A stretch of 64,000 nt of DNA from Phoronis australis (lineage: Eukaryota > Animalia > Phoronida). The DNA lies in contig NMRA01000954.1 of assembly GCA_002633005.1 (NCBI GenBank), positions 1 through 64,000 of the forward strand. Reading direction: 5' to 3'. The notes beneath the pieces are model-generated. The model saw only the letters and a list, made by a program, of their open reading frames with translations, had not been told where the DNA came from and did no database searches. Shown in pieces: positions 36,244 through 49,400 of the stretch (the stretch's first letter is position 1; the number at the start of each line of letters is the position of its first letter). The position numbers and the translations under genes were made by a program.

Positions 36244-39200
36244 TTTTAATAATGAATCTTGCAATAGCTTTACTGTGTTTTGCATTTGTGTATATGAGCT
36301 TCAGTGTTGGTCAACTTGGCTTGAGCCTGTGTACTTATTCCCATGTCTACTTTTACTATGATGTAGCCATGAACTGCAACCACTCTGTAATCATTTGAAA
36401 GTCACCACACTGAGAAATAGGCCACCCCTAGAAAAGTATCCGTTTGTGTTATGAAAATTAGAAGGCTAACTCGCTCCATAAAATTGATAATTAAAGGTTT
36501 CGGTAACCTGAGTTGAGTGGTGCTGTAAGTGGCACTTAGTGCAAGATAACATTGGGTCTTAGCTCCAGTGGCAGGAGTTAGTTGAAACTGCAGCACGCAG
36601 GTGTTAGTTGTTCGTTGTTGAATGGTTGACGACTCCGAAACAAAGCCAGGCCATTTTCAAGTGACTGGTTACGTAACTATGAAGCTGTGATCTGACAAGG
36701 TAATTTTTCTGTTATCAAAGGAATATTGTGAGTTGTTCACAATTTGGACAATGTCAAATGTTGTCGAGTGTCTAGTGACGATCACGACTCAGTGTACCTC
36801 TTCGTCGTATTGATAAAATGATGGTGGACTTCCGTCAGAGGTCGCTATGTCTATGTGTGTAACGCACGCTCCTGTAACGCGAAGTGGTTAGCAAAATTCA
36901 GTAAAATTACGTGTACCTGGCGGACGGGAACCGAGTTACAGTTTGGAGAGAACGTTTGAGGTCCTCTGGTTAATATAGTCACGAATTCACCTTTTGATGG
37001 TGTACTTTGCAATAAAATTAAGGGAATTGTCATGTGCCCTTGCGCGGACACGTGCACGTAATTTTTCTGAAATTTCTCGATGATGATGCCGCATGCTAAT
37101 TGTGTGCGTTGGTTTTCTTCTCGTCCTGACGTGGACAGCAACGCGGAGGTCAATTTTTTACAAGTAGTGACATTAGGCCTATGTGTCTTGACAAGGAAAC
37201 CTGAATTTTGTTCCCTCTAAAAGTTTTGTGTCGGTAGAGGCCATAGCGTTGTTAATGTGTTAAGTCAATGCATGATTTCATATAGACAGTGACCACAGTC
37301 TTTACTGATCAGTAGGACGGTGGTCACTGTCCAGACTTCATAGCTAGTGTATGTTATTTGCCTCTGGTTACTAATTGCAAACCACTCGCAGTATCGGGCC
37401 CTGCTGCCTTCGCCGGGGATTGTCATAGGAGGATGCAGCATCAGAACAATTATTTTTAACAATACAAGTTAGTTATAGGTACGCTACACATCCCGTTTTA
37501 GTTCCCCTGTGCTGCCAAGCATAACTTAAGGTCACTTGTATTGTAATCCATCCGGGCATATCAATGTGCAGTGAATGTCTCAATGCACTCCACTCTTTCA
37601 CATTATGTTTTTGTTGAACAGTAACAAGGGCTGGTCTCGTTTGTTCATGTTTGACTGAATTAGCCGTTGTACCGATTAAGACTGCAACAAGCCCCCGTTT
37701 CGTCAAACAAACTGACCTTTGACCCAAACAAACTGACCTTTGACCTATGCTATAAAGTCACTGATCTTTGGCCCAGGTCATTAAGTTACTTCTTTGAAAA
37801 TAGTCTCAAATTGTTTCTTCCTCACATGAGAAGTGAGTTTTGGTTTTGTAAAGAATTTACAGTTTGTTATTGCAAGAGGTCATCATCGCCGAATGAAATG
37901 TCACGGTGTGAGCTGTCAACTTGTCCTATTTTGACGATGAGACAACTTGAGACCAATTTAATAACTGCAAGCTGTCTTCATCAACCGTTGTGGTGTAGTC
38001 CGTTTTGGAGTCGCTTTAGCTGTGCTTGTTTAAGAGTTTCGTGTTTATTTTAAAGATTTTTTTAATAATTACTTTTATTTTTGTATTGTTTATACTTTAC
38101 TTTTTAGACAGTATTACCAGAGTTTTGTAAGCGGTGGTACAAGTAATTGTGATAAAGCGTCACGTAATGCTACATTGTTAAAGTTGATGGTGTCTGTGGA
38201 CAATGTATAACGCCACGGTGGATATTTTTTTGTTCCATTGTGCTCTACAATCCCGGTGTTCTTTAGCGTTTTTTATGAACTTACATTTGCCTCCTATAAA
38301 ATCACTATAGTCTTTGAACTTCCAAGCTTTCCTCTCAGTCATCTATTCTCACTCTTTTCCTGCGAAACACTATTAAAGCTGTGAAAGCCTGCATTTTTCA
38401 TTTTTGCCAGTTCCGAGCAAACGTAACCTTTTTCAAAAATTGATGACAGGGAGTTTTTGATAGGATTTCCTTGTCTAATTTTTATGACATTTGTGGATTT
38501 CTGCACAAAGCTCGAACGTAAACGTGTTGTTAGCTTCGCGGCCGCAAAATGGGCAGCTAACGCACAATTTCTAGTTTTTGGTACCGAACGTCTATCGAAT
38601 GAGATGCACAGTGCCCAGTACTGAATATGCTTCTATTCGCTAGTTATTAAAGAACTCTTAAATTTATTGGCTTGCAAAATTTTTACTGTTTTACTGTTAC
38701 TTAATTTCCTACTGTTACTGAGTTGATGAGGATTTCCAACCACGAACTCATTGACCCCCTTGCGTTCCTTCTCACGTCTGTTTTCCTGCCAACTCCGCCC
38801 GATCTATTTCCCATTTCAGTTACACTGAAAATTTGATTATCACTTTTGTTACCTTTAATTCCAAACAGAAGGTTACATCTCGTGTCACTGGATTTTGAAA
38901 ATCATATCATTCGTGCCATCGGTTATCCGTTCTAACAATTTTATTTTTTATTTTTGAGACTGCTATTCTCTCAGAATTTTGTCCCTCCACGCTTTCTGCT
39001 ATGCTATAACTTTTCAACAAACAAGTTTCACCGACTAACGTCATTTATGCTCATTTTAATGTTATCTGATGATGTGAATTTTACCTCTAAGACTGGTGCT
39101 ATTTTGATCTTGTTACTGTTGAATCTTTAATAAAAATGATTGAAAACAACTTGGTTTTGTGTCCTTAGTCTGTTTGGCTTTCGAAATAGTGTGCATGGAC

Positions 39201-40267
39201 ATACAGTTTAATTGAAGTCGGGTCATGGGGAGTTCAGGGATATTTCAATTTAAGTTAATGATAACTGGGTTAATTTAAGAAAACGACTTGAAAGGTTAGG
39301 CGAATAGAATGTCGCTGTTGAGCGCTCATTCGTAGCCTATCACATCATGGATTATGTACTTTATCCCATACGCGTTGAATCTGTCGACGGAAATACGGCC
39401 ATGTAATAAAGTTTTCCGTATTCACCTCCCGCACTACTTCAACAGTGACCTCTGACATGGAAAGTTCAAAAAGTAAGTAAATGTCGACTCGACGTCTTCA
39501 GCCGGTTCGATCATCAAAGTTTCCGAAGTAATACAGTTGCAACAGTGTAACTAATACTCGACATGCAACCAGGCCCTAAACGTAAAATCTGGAACAAAAC
39601 TGTTAATTATAAGACACTTTCTCTAAGTTGTCAATTGCTGAATACTATCGTCTGCAACTCAGGCGCCAATTCCTAGAAAATTAAAATATCAAAAATTGTT
39701 GTTTTTAACCATTTCCAGGAGATGTTACAAGTTCACTGCACAGTTGCCGTTGTTTTCATCTTTGTTACCTCATTTCAAGAAATAAATCGTTACTTTTAAA
39801 ACTGTTTCTTTTACAAGATAAAACTTGCAACCTAACGCGCAAGTACATACATATAGGATGTGATCCGCCATGCGAACAGTCTGGGTCGAGTATTTGAAAA
39901 ATCTGCCGAAAAATGTAAGAAACTTAGGAATTCGAAGCGTATGGGATAAATACAATTCGGTCTCGGTCGATACGCGGAATAATGTCTCGTGGTATATTAC
40001 TTCATGTAGGCCACTCTCGGTACGTTTCGCGTATATATCAATAGTCACTGATGAGAAACGGCGGGAAATAGCGTCGCGTTTCATTTAGCGTATTTCGTGC
40101 ATCATCCACCAGTTCTGGTGTGCTGGTCAATTTTTTCCAAATAGAGCATTCCACAGCCAATACATAGGATTCTGTGCTACGCTGCAGTTGTTAATTTTGA
40201 CCAGGCATTCCACGTAGTCATCACCAAAAAGTAATCCGAGGTCTACCGAGAAATAACTCCTGTTGTT

Positions 40268-40433
40268 ATGACGTCGAGTGTAGTCACAGAACAGCCGCTT
40301 GCAGCCGGCGTGATTGAGTCGTCTGTTGACCAGGGGATGGGATTCACACTTCCTGTGAACTTGCCAGCCCCACTGTCGCGCTTAGAGTCTTGTAACCGGA
40401 TAAGATTATCCCAAATCTTTGACACGTTAGAAG
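40268..40433 (+). CDS. PLSCR: Scramblase coding exon 1
   Basis: ATG with upstream in-frame TAA; LPAPLSRLESCNRIRLSQIFDTLE aligns by eye to PPGLEYL..DQILIHQQIELLE; G|gtaact donor. Confidence 0.8.
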
Positions 40434-43400
40434 GTAACTTCGCCTTTTATTATGCGTCCACATATTCATGAGAGATTTTGTTTTATGCACCACATGGTGG
40501 CCATTTAAAAAAATCCCCACGTTTTGTACGTCCGCCACTGCGAAACTAAGCAAAAAAATTATGAAAATTGACGCTTGTGTTCCTGATGAGAAGACCGCGA
40601 CTGAAGTTGATTTTCGGACGATTTCGACTACTCTGGCAATTTTACTTTTTCGTCTCCACGGCTGCAGAAATAGGCTGACACTTTTACTTTACTGTTGTGT
40701 TTGTTTACTACCAGTTAGTAATTAATGGGAGAACACTGTTTGTACTTGATTTATGTTTTGGTTCGATTATACTCCCGTGAATGATGAAAATTTGGCGCTA
40801 CCGTGGGAGGGGGAGGTGGAAAGAGAATAGTGAAAGGTCTGCTAAGGTTTTTTCTCATCTCCGTTGCAGTACCTGTCTACAAGCATGCCAGGGGCGGATC
40901 CAGGATTTTGAGTTGGGGGAAAGGGCAGAGTATTCATAGGCGGATTTAGGGGGGGGGGGGCCGGCCCCCATTGGCCGCCGCAAAAAAGCAAGAGCGTAGG
41001 GAAATGTTGAGTTTGTTAATTAACCCCGGTAATTAAAATTATACGTCTGAAACAAGATTTAAATGTGTGCAGTTTTATTGTTTGGGGGGGGGCTCAGATC
41101 CAATTTCAATTCGGAACATGAAAAAACAGAAGCTGCTGGTAAGATATCAATTTTAATCGAAGCCTTAGTGAATCACTCAGAAACTCATAATTCTCTCTTT
41201 GTCAAACCTTAACTTAAGACGATTTCCAAAGCAATTGCGTCATTTTTGCCAACCCCAAAAACGGATTTGGTCTTTTGGGCAATTGAAGACTATTTTAAAT
41301 ACAACAAATTTGATACGAACTGATTCACAAAATATAAAACATGTAATAAGCATTACAAAAAGAAGGAGGTTTCGCGAGCAAGCGCTGTGGACCATAAACA
41401 AGTAGGTCACTTGGTATCAAATAAGGAGTTCAATCGTGGAGGTGCAGTGGTAAAGCACGCGCGCTCTATCCGCCAGGTCGTGAGTTCGAGTCTGTGGTAC
41501 ATGGAGTTTTTCTCGTTTGTCACTTTCTCCGCATTTTTTTGCCTTTTTTTCTTGGATAATACTTCGGGAATCAAGGAAAATGCTTGATTTTTAGAGGAAA
41601 AAACAGAAAAAATTCCTGGGCGGGAGGGGGCAACCCCCCGACCTCCCCCCATTGTGTGCTGTGCGCAAATGCTTACAGACAAAATGTTGGGCCCCCCATT
41701 GTGATATCCTAGATTCGCCACTGGTATTAGCCAGGATTTTGCCCTTCAGACATTCGTACCCCCCGAACTTCCAAATGAAATCTGGGAGAATGTTAAGGGG
41801 GGGCATGGCCCCCTTGGCCTCCCTCTAAATCCGCCACTGCATGCGGCTAGGAAACAACTGTGTTCAGACCAATGAACTATGTGAATGGACTATAGTTATA
41901 TCATTGGTTCAGACTCTCCTAGACGAGGAATAAGTAACAGGGACCATGCCTTAAGCACCCTTTACAATAGGGGTAATGAGATGGGCACAGTTCTAGCTCA
42001 TGGTGAAAAACACGGGTGGCACTTTTCCTTTTGACTGGATATAAATATCGCCCCTGATCTGGAACCCCGGCTGCACCACTATTATATCCTAGATGGCTGT
42101 TGACCCCAGTCTTTGTGTTCTACGTTTAAAGCTGCACCTCCCGTCTGCTCAATGCAGTGAGCTAAAAGTAATCTACGTTTCTAAAAGGAACATTGTGAAA
42201 AATGCCCATGAGGCCATTCAAGTTGGCCTGGTCTCAATGCCGCACTGGTGTTGGCTTGACCCAGCGGCTCGTCACATGTTTCCACCTACCGCTTTTTATT
42301 ATATGGTAAACGATCTAAGCCTGTTGGATCTGATGGCACACAGCTGGCCAGTTAGTTGCCTATGACTGAAATTCAGAATTTATACAGCTTTGCGCTAAGG
42401 CTGGGTTCAACCAAATTAGACCTGAAGCTATAACGTAGGAGGTTCCTGGCAACACCTCGTCTTGATCAAAGTGGCCACTTGTGCTGTCCTGCAAAACACT
42501 GACAGGAGTTTTCCACCAAAATACTATAACCTAACATTAAAAAAGTCCCTGGTTGATTACAAAGCAATGCTTCAACTGTAAAGTGCTGATGACTGCTCGA
42601 CTTTCTGAAGGGAAACATCGTTTTCGGTGCGGCTCACAGGTTTTTGTCTCTGGATGCAGGCTACCGGCGTTTTCCGTAGATAAGCCCACCCGATGAAACG
42701 CCCATGTGCGTTTATTCGGAAAATTATGCCGAATTTACACCCATGGGCGTTTATTTGGTGTTGCAACTTCTCGTGTCAAGTGTCCAGATAGTGGTGCGTT
42801 TAGTTGGAAAATTTCCTTTTAAAAGCCCACTTAGCGTCAACTTTTTGTCACAAAGTCAGTTTTGTGGAGCATTTATCAATTATAAAAACGAATGAAGTGT
42901 TGCCGAACTATGCATTTATTACTATAGAATTTTTAAAAACAGTTTTAAATAAAAAATCAGTCATTAAACCTCTTAATCTACGTGTATTCAGTCCATGTCA
43001 ATGTTTTCATCCAGCTCCTCCTCGCTATTTCTTTCCACCTCTGAGTCGCTAAAGGGATCCCGCGACTTGACGTCCATCTCTTGGATATCCGAGTTGTATC
43101 CTATGTTTCGGGTTTCAATAATACGGTAGAGTCCATTTGCCCATCAACATTCGAATGCTCTGATAATGATGTCTTGCGAGATTTTCCACATGGCTGAAGA
43201 TACAAATTCCAGAAGTTTCTCGTAGGATGGGGGGCTGCGATATCCTCTCGGGGGTGTTTTCTTTTTCTCGCCGCCGTTTTCAAGTCAATGAGAAACCGCC
43301 GGACCCAAAACATGACCGCCGGTCCTCCATATCGGACTAACTCACCACTAAACAGGATCTACGGGATCAAATGGGACAGACGCACCTAAAAACATAACCG

Positions 43401-46400
43401 CTCCACCACAAAACTGGACCGCCGCAGACCAAACGTGACCGCCGGACAAAATCTAAATGATCAACGTCTTTGTGTGATTGTGCGGGGTATGACGTAACCG
43501 GCCAGCTTGATGCATGAAGACTTGGCAATAAGCTTGGTAGCAATGTGTGTTGAGCTCCGTTAGACCCCGATATGTCACACGCTCGAACTTATTATTTTTT
43601 CACAATACGTGGTGGGAGTATTCAAGCCGAAGTTCATAGATTTTCTACTAAATGTCCTTGGGTGCTATCAACTTTGCCACAAGGAGGTCTAGAAGTGCCA
43701 TGTACATTAATTTTCTTGTCCTGCTGGGCAGATGTCGCAAAAATTGATAAGTTGCTACACAATTAACGTTGTTAACAGGTATCAACATTCCTTTTAAGGA
43801 CTACCAATCCACCCAGAAGGACTGTTTTGACTTACAAAGATACATATCGCGCATCATGCTGGTATTTACGTAGCCAAAATTGACTTTCCGTTTACACGCC
43901 CCCTTTTCCGAATAAACGCCAGGGCGTTTATTGGGTGTTACTAAAATGCCTGAAAATTTTCACTTTCCAAATACACGCCCAGGAGCTTATCTACGGAAAA
44001 CCCCGGTAACAATATTGTCGCCTATTTACAGTCGTAACGGGATGTGAAATGAGAAACAGATACTTAATAGTGAACGATTCCAGCCAACAGATATTCAGAG
44101 CTACTGAAGGTGAGAGATTAGATCTATCTTGTCACTGAGATTTACCATAAGTAATGAACTTCCTACTAAAACTGGATTATATGGCTTTGTCGTAGTTTAA
44201 AATGATTTCACTTTTGTGGGATTTTGTCCGGGCGTTAACTGAAGACTATTTTTCAATTTTTACAAAGACATTATAACAACTTAGTTTATTTTGTGATAAA
44301 GATTTTTGTGCAATATGCAAAACATTTCGTCGTGGAATACGTCACTTATAACAAACCTTTATAAAAGAGCCAAAGTTGTTCGATTACGTCCACTATTCCA
44401 CGTTAGTGTTCACGTGTTCTGATTTTTTCTGTGGCGGCACATTTATTGCTCTCTATCCGGAATATTTTCAGAATCCGGGAACTGCTTGATTCGAAATTGC
44501 TTCAAACAAATGCGCCCTTTTGAGATGATCATCAGCGATTGTGTCGCTGAGCCCGTAATGAAGCTCACTCGTCCCCTCCGGTGTCAAGGCTGCTGCTGCT
44601 GTTGTTGCCTGCAGTTTATGAACATAGAGTGCCCCCCGGGCCAAGTCGTTGCAGTTGTCAAGGAAGAGTAAGTCTGTCACCGAGAAATTGGCTTTACATT
44701 TGTCCACATCATGCATTTCAATAACAGGAAGGTAATGCATACCTGATAATAATAACATGTAGAGTCAAGTACATGTATAAATGAAGCCGCTTAAAAGCGG
44801 AGTGTGAACTAGGGAATGTGTTGCTAGATAACTTTTATTCCATGTTAAGGAATTATACAAGAAGTGATATAATTACTGCCAGCAAATCGAAAACATTAAA
44901 TGCAGGCAGATTAACAATTATAACAATAAATATAAAAAGAAATGTCACTGACAGATATCAAAATTACTAGAGACAATTTCTATGGTATAACAACATAATG
45001 CATATGATATTAAATGATCTAGCTACAATTACACAGACAAACACGAATAAACACAAAAAGGCTGTTCAAGGTTACTAAACCTCGTTTTGATGATTTCAAC
45101 CAATCCTCGTTCTGTCACTTTCTAATGCATCATTAGCGTCAACCTTGTTTTGATGATTTCAATCAATCCTCGTTCTGTCATTTTCTAAGGCATCATTGGC
45201 GTCAACCTTGCAAGTTAAAACCTCATACTCCCTGTATCACAAATTGGATTTTATGGTCCGTGGTGAATGGTCTTTTCCCACACCTTTAGCGGAGTTGCAT
45301 CGCTGCCATATTGGAAATGGGTCAGAATGTTGCATTGTCGGTAAACAAGTACGTCGGCAAGCGTGGGGGCGAACCGGCCACAGGGAGGTTATACGTGTTG
45401 TGTGCCTGGCTGCTATAATACCAGTTAGCGAGATAAAGAATTAAGTTACTACCTGTTTCCCAAGGAGCAAGAACTGCGTAAAAATGGGTCAGACACATCG
45501 GTGGAGCTGGTAGCAAAGGCCGACTTTTTAAAAAAAAATTTTTATTCTCCCAGTTCAACATAAGTAAGGAAAAAGGTCTGGGGTTCCCTTGCCTTACTTT
45601 ACAGTTCAATGAAAATAAAGTTTACTAAGTTAAATGTATACTTGAACCGGATTTTAGAAATACATTTAACAAAAAGAAAAAAACATACAAGACAGTGTAG
45701 TAGTATATGGCTCTGAAAAGGGGAGAGAGTATTTTGGAATGATAAAATATCCTTACATTGCTATTAAATTATGCATTTGTGACCACATGTTTGTATTTTT
45801 TCCATTTGTAAATTTTTTGAATTAATATGTTTTTCACAGGAATAATAACTGTTAATTTCTTTTGTTAATATAATTAAATTTGGGGGTTTACCCTTGTGAC
45901 GTTGCTTATATAAATGGAACTTGCAGAATTGGCTGCCTTCTGCATCCGTTTCCAAAGAAAACTGTAAGCACATTTGTACCTAGGGAAATATTTTTTTTTT
46001 CTAACCCAATCTTCGACATTGTTCCAAAAATTTTGAACATCACATTGCGAGCATAAGTGAAACAAAGTCTCAGGTTCACTCTTACAAAACGTACACAAGG
46101 GGGAGCTACTTACCCCAATTTTGACATGTCAGACGATTGACTGTGGATTTGTTTAAAAGGTAGCTATGCTTTGAGATTGTGCGTAGATGGAAAGAGAATA
46201 ATCAAATCCAATAATTAATTTAATATATGATAACCCCTAATTAGACAAATGAAACCTATTGCTAATTAAGTAATCAACTACAAAGAGTAACTACACTAGC
46301 GCCCTCTTTAAAGATTACTTTAATCAAACAACCAAAACGATCAAATGTCTTATCTGCTATCCAAGCTAGGACTCTCCACTTGTTGGATGCATGTCCTGTT

Positions 46401-49400
46401 GGTGAATCTTCGAACTACACACACTGTATAGCGACAGTGCACTTGCTGGTCACCGTCTCTGGTAATGCAACACTTGCAGGCAATTTCTTCTACCCGCGAT
46501 TCTTCTTGCTGGTCACAGTCTCTGGCTGATGACGCAACACTTCAGGTAGTATCTTACTACCCACAATGCAAGTGACAAGCTCTTAGTTAACTTCCTGTTC
46601 GTTAACCCTTGCCCTTGCCAAGATCCTTTCTAGAATCTTCCACGAGATGCCTCTGTCGTACAATTGCTTCTGTACACCGTAGCAAGTCTTTATGCTTCAA
46701 CTACAATAGCGCATCTAATTATCTTGTTGATTTCAGCCCATAATATAACATTCTACTTATTTAGTGATTGGCTGATAAAAACCACATGATCATGTCCACT
46801 CGTATTATTGGCTGTTACAATTTGTTCTCATAATATTCTAGAATATCTAGAGTACTTTGACCCCAGAACCCAAAGTTGTAAACACCATCTAAAACTGATT
46901 TTGACGTTAAAATACATGTCAACAAGTCTGATCCCATGATTTAAAAGTACATATGCACAAATTTTGGGCAACTTAAAATGGACCTATTCTTACTAATTAC
47001 TTAATCAATATTTATTCTGACATGACAAGATAAGAGTTACAGCTAATTATCCTATGTGACAGTCTAAATTGAAAAAAACAACGAAGTTTCACATCAAGTG
47101 TAAAGTTCACAAAGTAGGCATTTTTCCACCATTAAATAGTGTCTGGTATAGCAAGTTCTGCCTGCCACTTCATCTCAGACCTAAGCCTGGCATATTTGTT
47201 TAGCACAAAAGTGTTGTTTTTATGTTTTGTGCCCTTTTTGTCTGCAAGTAATAATTTCACAAAAATTGGGATAGAGGGTGCATAGAAGGAAAACTTGTCT
47301 CTTTTTTGAGATTTTCCATTTTTAACAAACAGCCTCTTTGACCCCATAAAAATTCAAAAATATTGGTCTAAAATTGAACTTTTTGTAAAAATCTTCAAAA
47401 GATAACATATATCCATGCTCGTCTAGTAGGTCTGAGATATAATAAACACCCTTTTCAAACCATCTTCTCCAAAACACAGTTTCTCCACCAATCAATATAT
47501 TAGTGTTATACAAAATTGGCTGATATGGTATTTCCTCCTGATCTATTATATTAGAAAAATCATACAGAAAGTTAAATAGTTCCTTCCAAAAAGGGTTCTC
47601 AGTTTGAGATGCTGCATATTTGTAGAAATAGTTCCCAAATTTTAGACACTCCAATGATATCAAATCAGTGTTTAAGAGGAGACTTAACCATGCTGTAGAA
47701 TTTGTGACTTTTAAGATCCTACGCATCCATGTTATCTTAATTGCCTTTTATTTACAAAAGAGTAAACATCTATCATTTTACAACCACCAGATTCATAATG
47801 TTGAATCATGGTTTTGCGCCTAATTTTGTCACACTTTCCTCCCCAAATATAATGAAAAAGCAGTTTTTCTAAATCTTTACAGAACAGATTGCTGGGGATT
47901 GGCAAACATGATAAAACATGAATCAGTTTTGGTAGAAGAAATGATTTGACCACCGTAACTTTACCAAGAGTACTTAAGTTTCTTTTTGACCATCTTATAA
48001 TTTCTTTTAAATATCAACCAACTTGCGATCAAAATTTAAATTACTCATTTCCTGGATGTCAGTAGAAAAAACAATCCCGAGCATATAGTAAACTGTGAGC
48101 TAGACCATTTTAAGTCCTTTTCAGAGCATACCCTTGAATTACTTTGCCTTATAGAACCTATCCAGACACAAGTTGTCTTTTCAAAATTAGGAGTTAGACC
48201 TGAATACTTCGAGAACTGGTCAAGCAGATCAAGAGAGTTTTTTAATGATCTTTCGAGGATGATAGCAGTGTCACCTGCATATTGGACTAGTTTAAATTCT
48301 TGATCTCCAATCTGCATACCTTTTATATTTTTGTTTTTTCCTAAAGAGATTTCCCATATTCTCAGCACATAGTAGAAAAAGATAGGGAGATAAAGGGTCT
48401 CCTTGTTTACAACCTCTACCCATTTCAAAAAATTGAGAGGTTTTTCCATATTGAATTGCACAAGCCATAGCTCCCTCATTGAGCAACGATACCCACTTTT
48501 TGAAGTTTGGGCCAAAATTAAAAAGACAGGGTTTTTAGTAGAAATACCTAGGAAACTGAGTCGAACGCCTTCTCAAAATCCACCAGGACCAGTAATCCAG
48601 GGATGTTCAATTGGTCAGTTGCACAGATAAGATCATAAATTAATCGAATATTTTCGCCAATAAATCTACCGGCAATAAAACCTTTCTGGTTTTCGTGGAT
48701 CAAGCAATTTCAGACAGCCTTAACACGTTCACCAATACATGTTGAAATTAATTTATAATTTATATTGAGCAATGAAATTGGCCTCCAGTTTTTTAGTAGT
48801 TCCCTAGGTTTGTTAGCTTTTGGAATAATTTGGATCACACCTTGTTTTACAGCGGATGGTAGGGAATTCTGTGAAAACATACAATTAAAAGCTGCCACTA
48901 AACCATCTCCCAAATCTGACCAGAAAAATTTGTAAAATTCCACTGTAAAACCGTCGGGACCTGGGGTCGTATTATTTTTCATCTTTTTGAGAACAAATAG
49001 AATTTCAGCATAAGTAACATTTCCTTCCAAAGGCCGACTTAGTGAATTCTTTCCGACTTCGTGGCATAAAGTATGCAGCGCTCATTTTGAGGGCGGCAAG
49101 AAAACGTATCTAGGAAACTGCCCAACAATATTTCCCTTGAAAGAAATAGTAACAAATACTCCACGGCGGAGGGTAGGAAAAAAAATTGTTTTCGCTTGAC
49201 CAAAACCAAGCCAACCTGAGCAATTTTGAGGATAATGCCTCTGCACAATCACCTGTTCTGGGTCGACTCACTAAAACGCACACTATGCATTAACGTGCTA
49301 AGACCAAGTTCACAATATTATTAATTACTTTCTACAAAATTGTGGTGCATTGTTATCAAAATTCGTTGTTAAATTACGATCATTTTTCAGAAAATTGTGC

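Larger units (their letters stand above)
45384..49130 (+). pseudogene. THAP-domain remnant of a DNA transposon, split by the LINE
   Basis: Joining 45384-45526 to 49041-49130 gives YTCCVPGCYN..RDKELSYYLFPK...WV...PTSWHKVCSAHFEGGKK...PTIFP (one stop, one frameshift). Confidence 0.8.

Noticed and set aside
41436-41500. tRNA-like A/B box pattern (GGTGCAGTGGTAAAGCAC...GTGAGTTCGAGTC)
   Set aside because: No convincing cloverleaf acceptor stem; lies within a MITE, at most a tRNA-derived remnant.
44468-44758. 96-aa minus-strand ORF
   Set aside because: Antisense shadow of scramblase exon 3.
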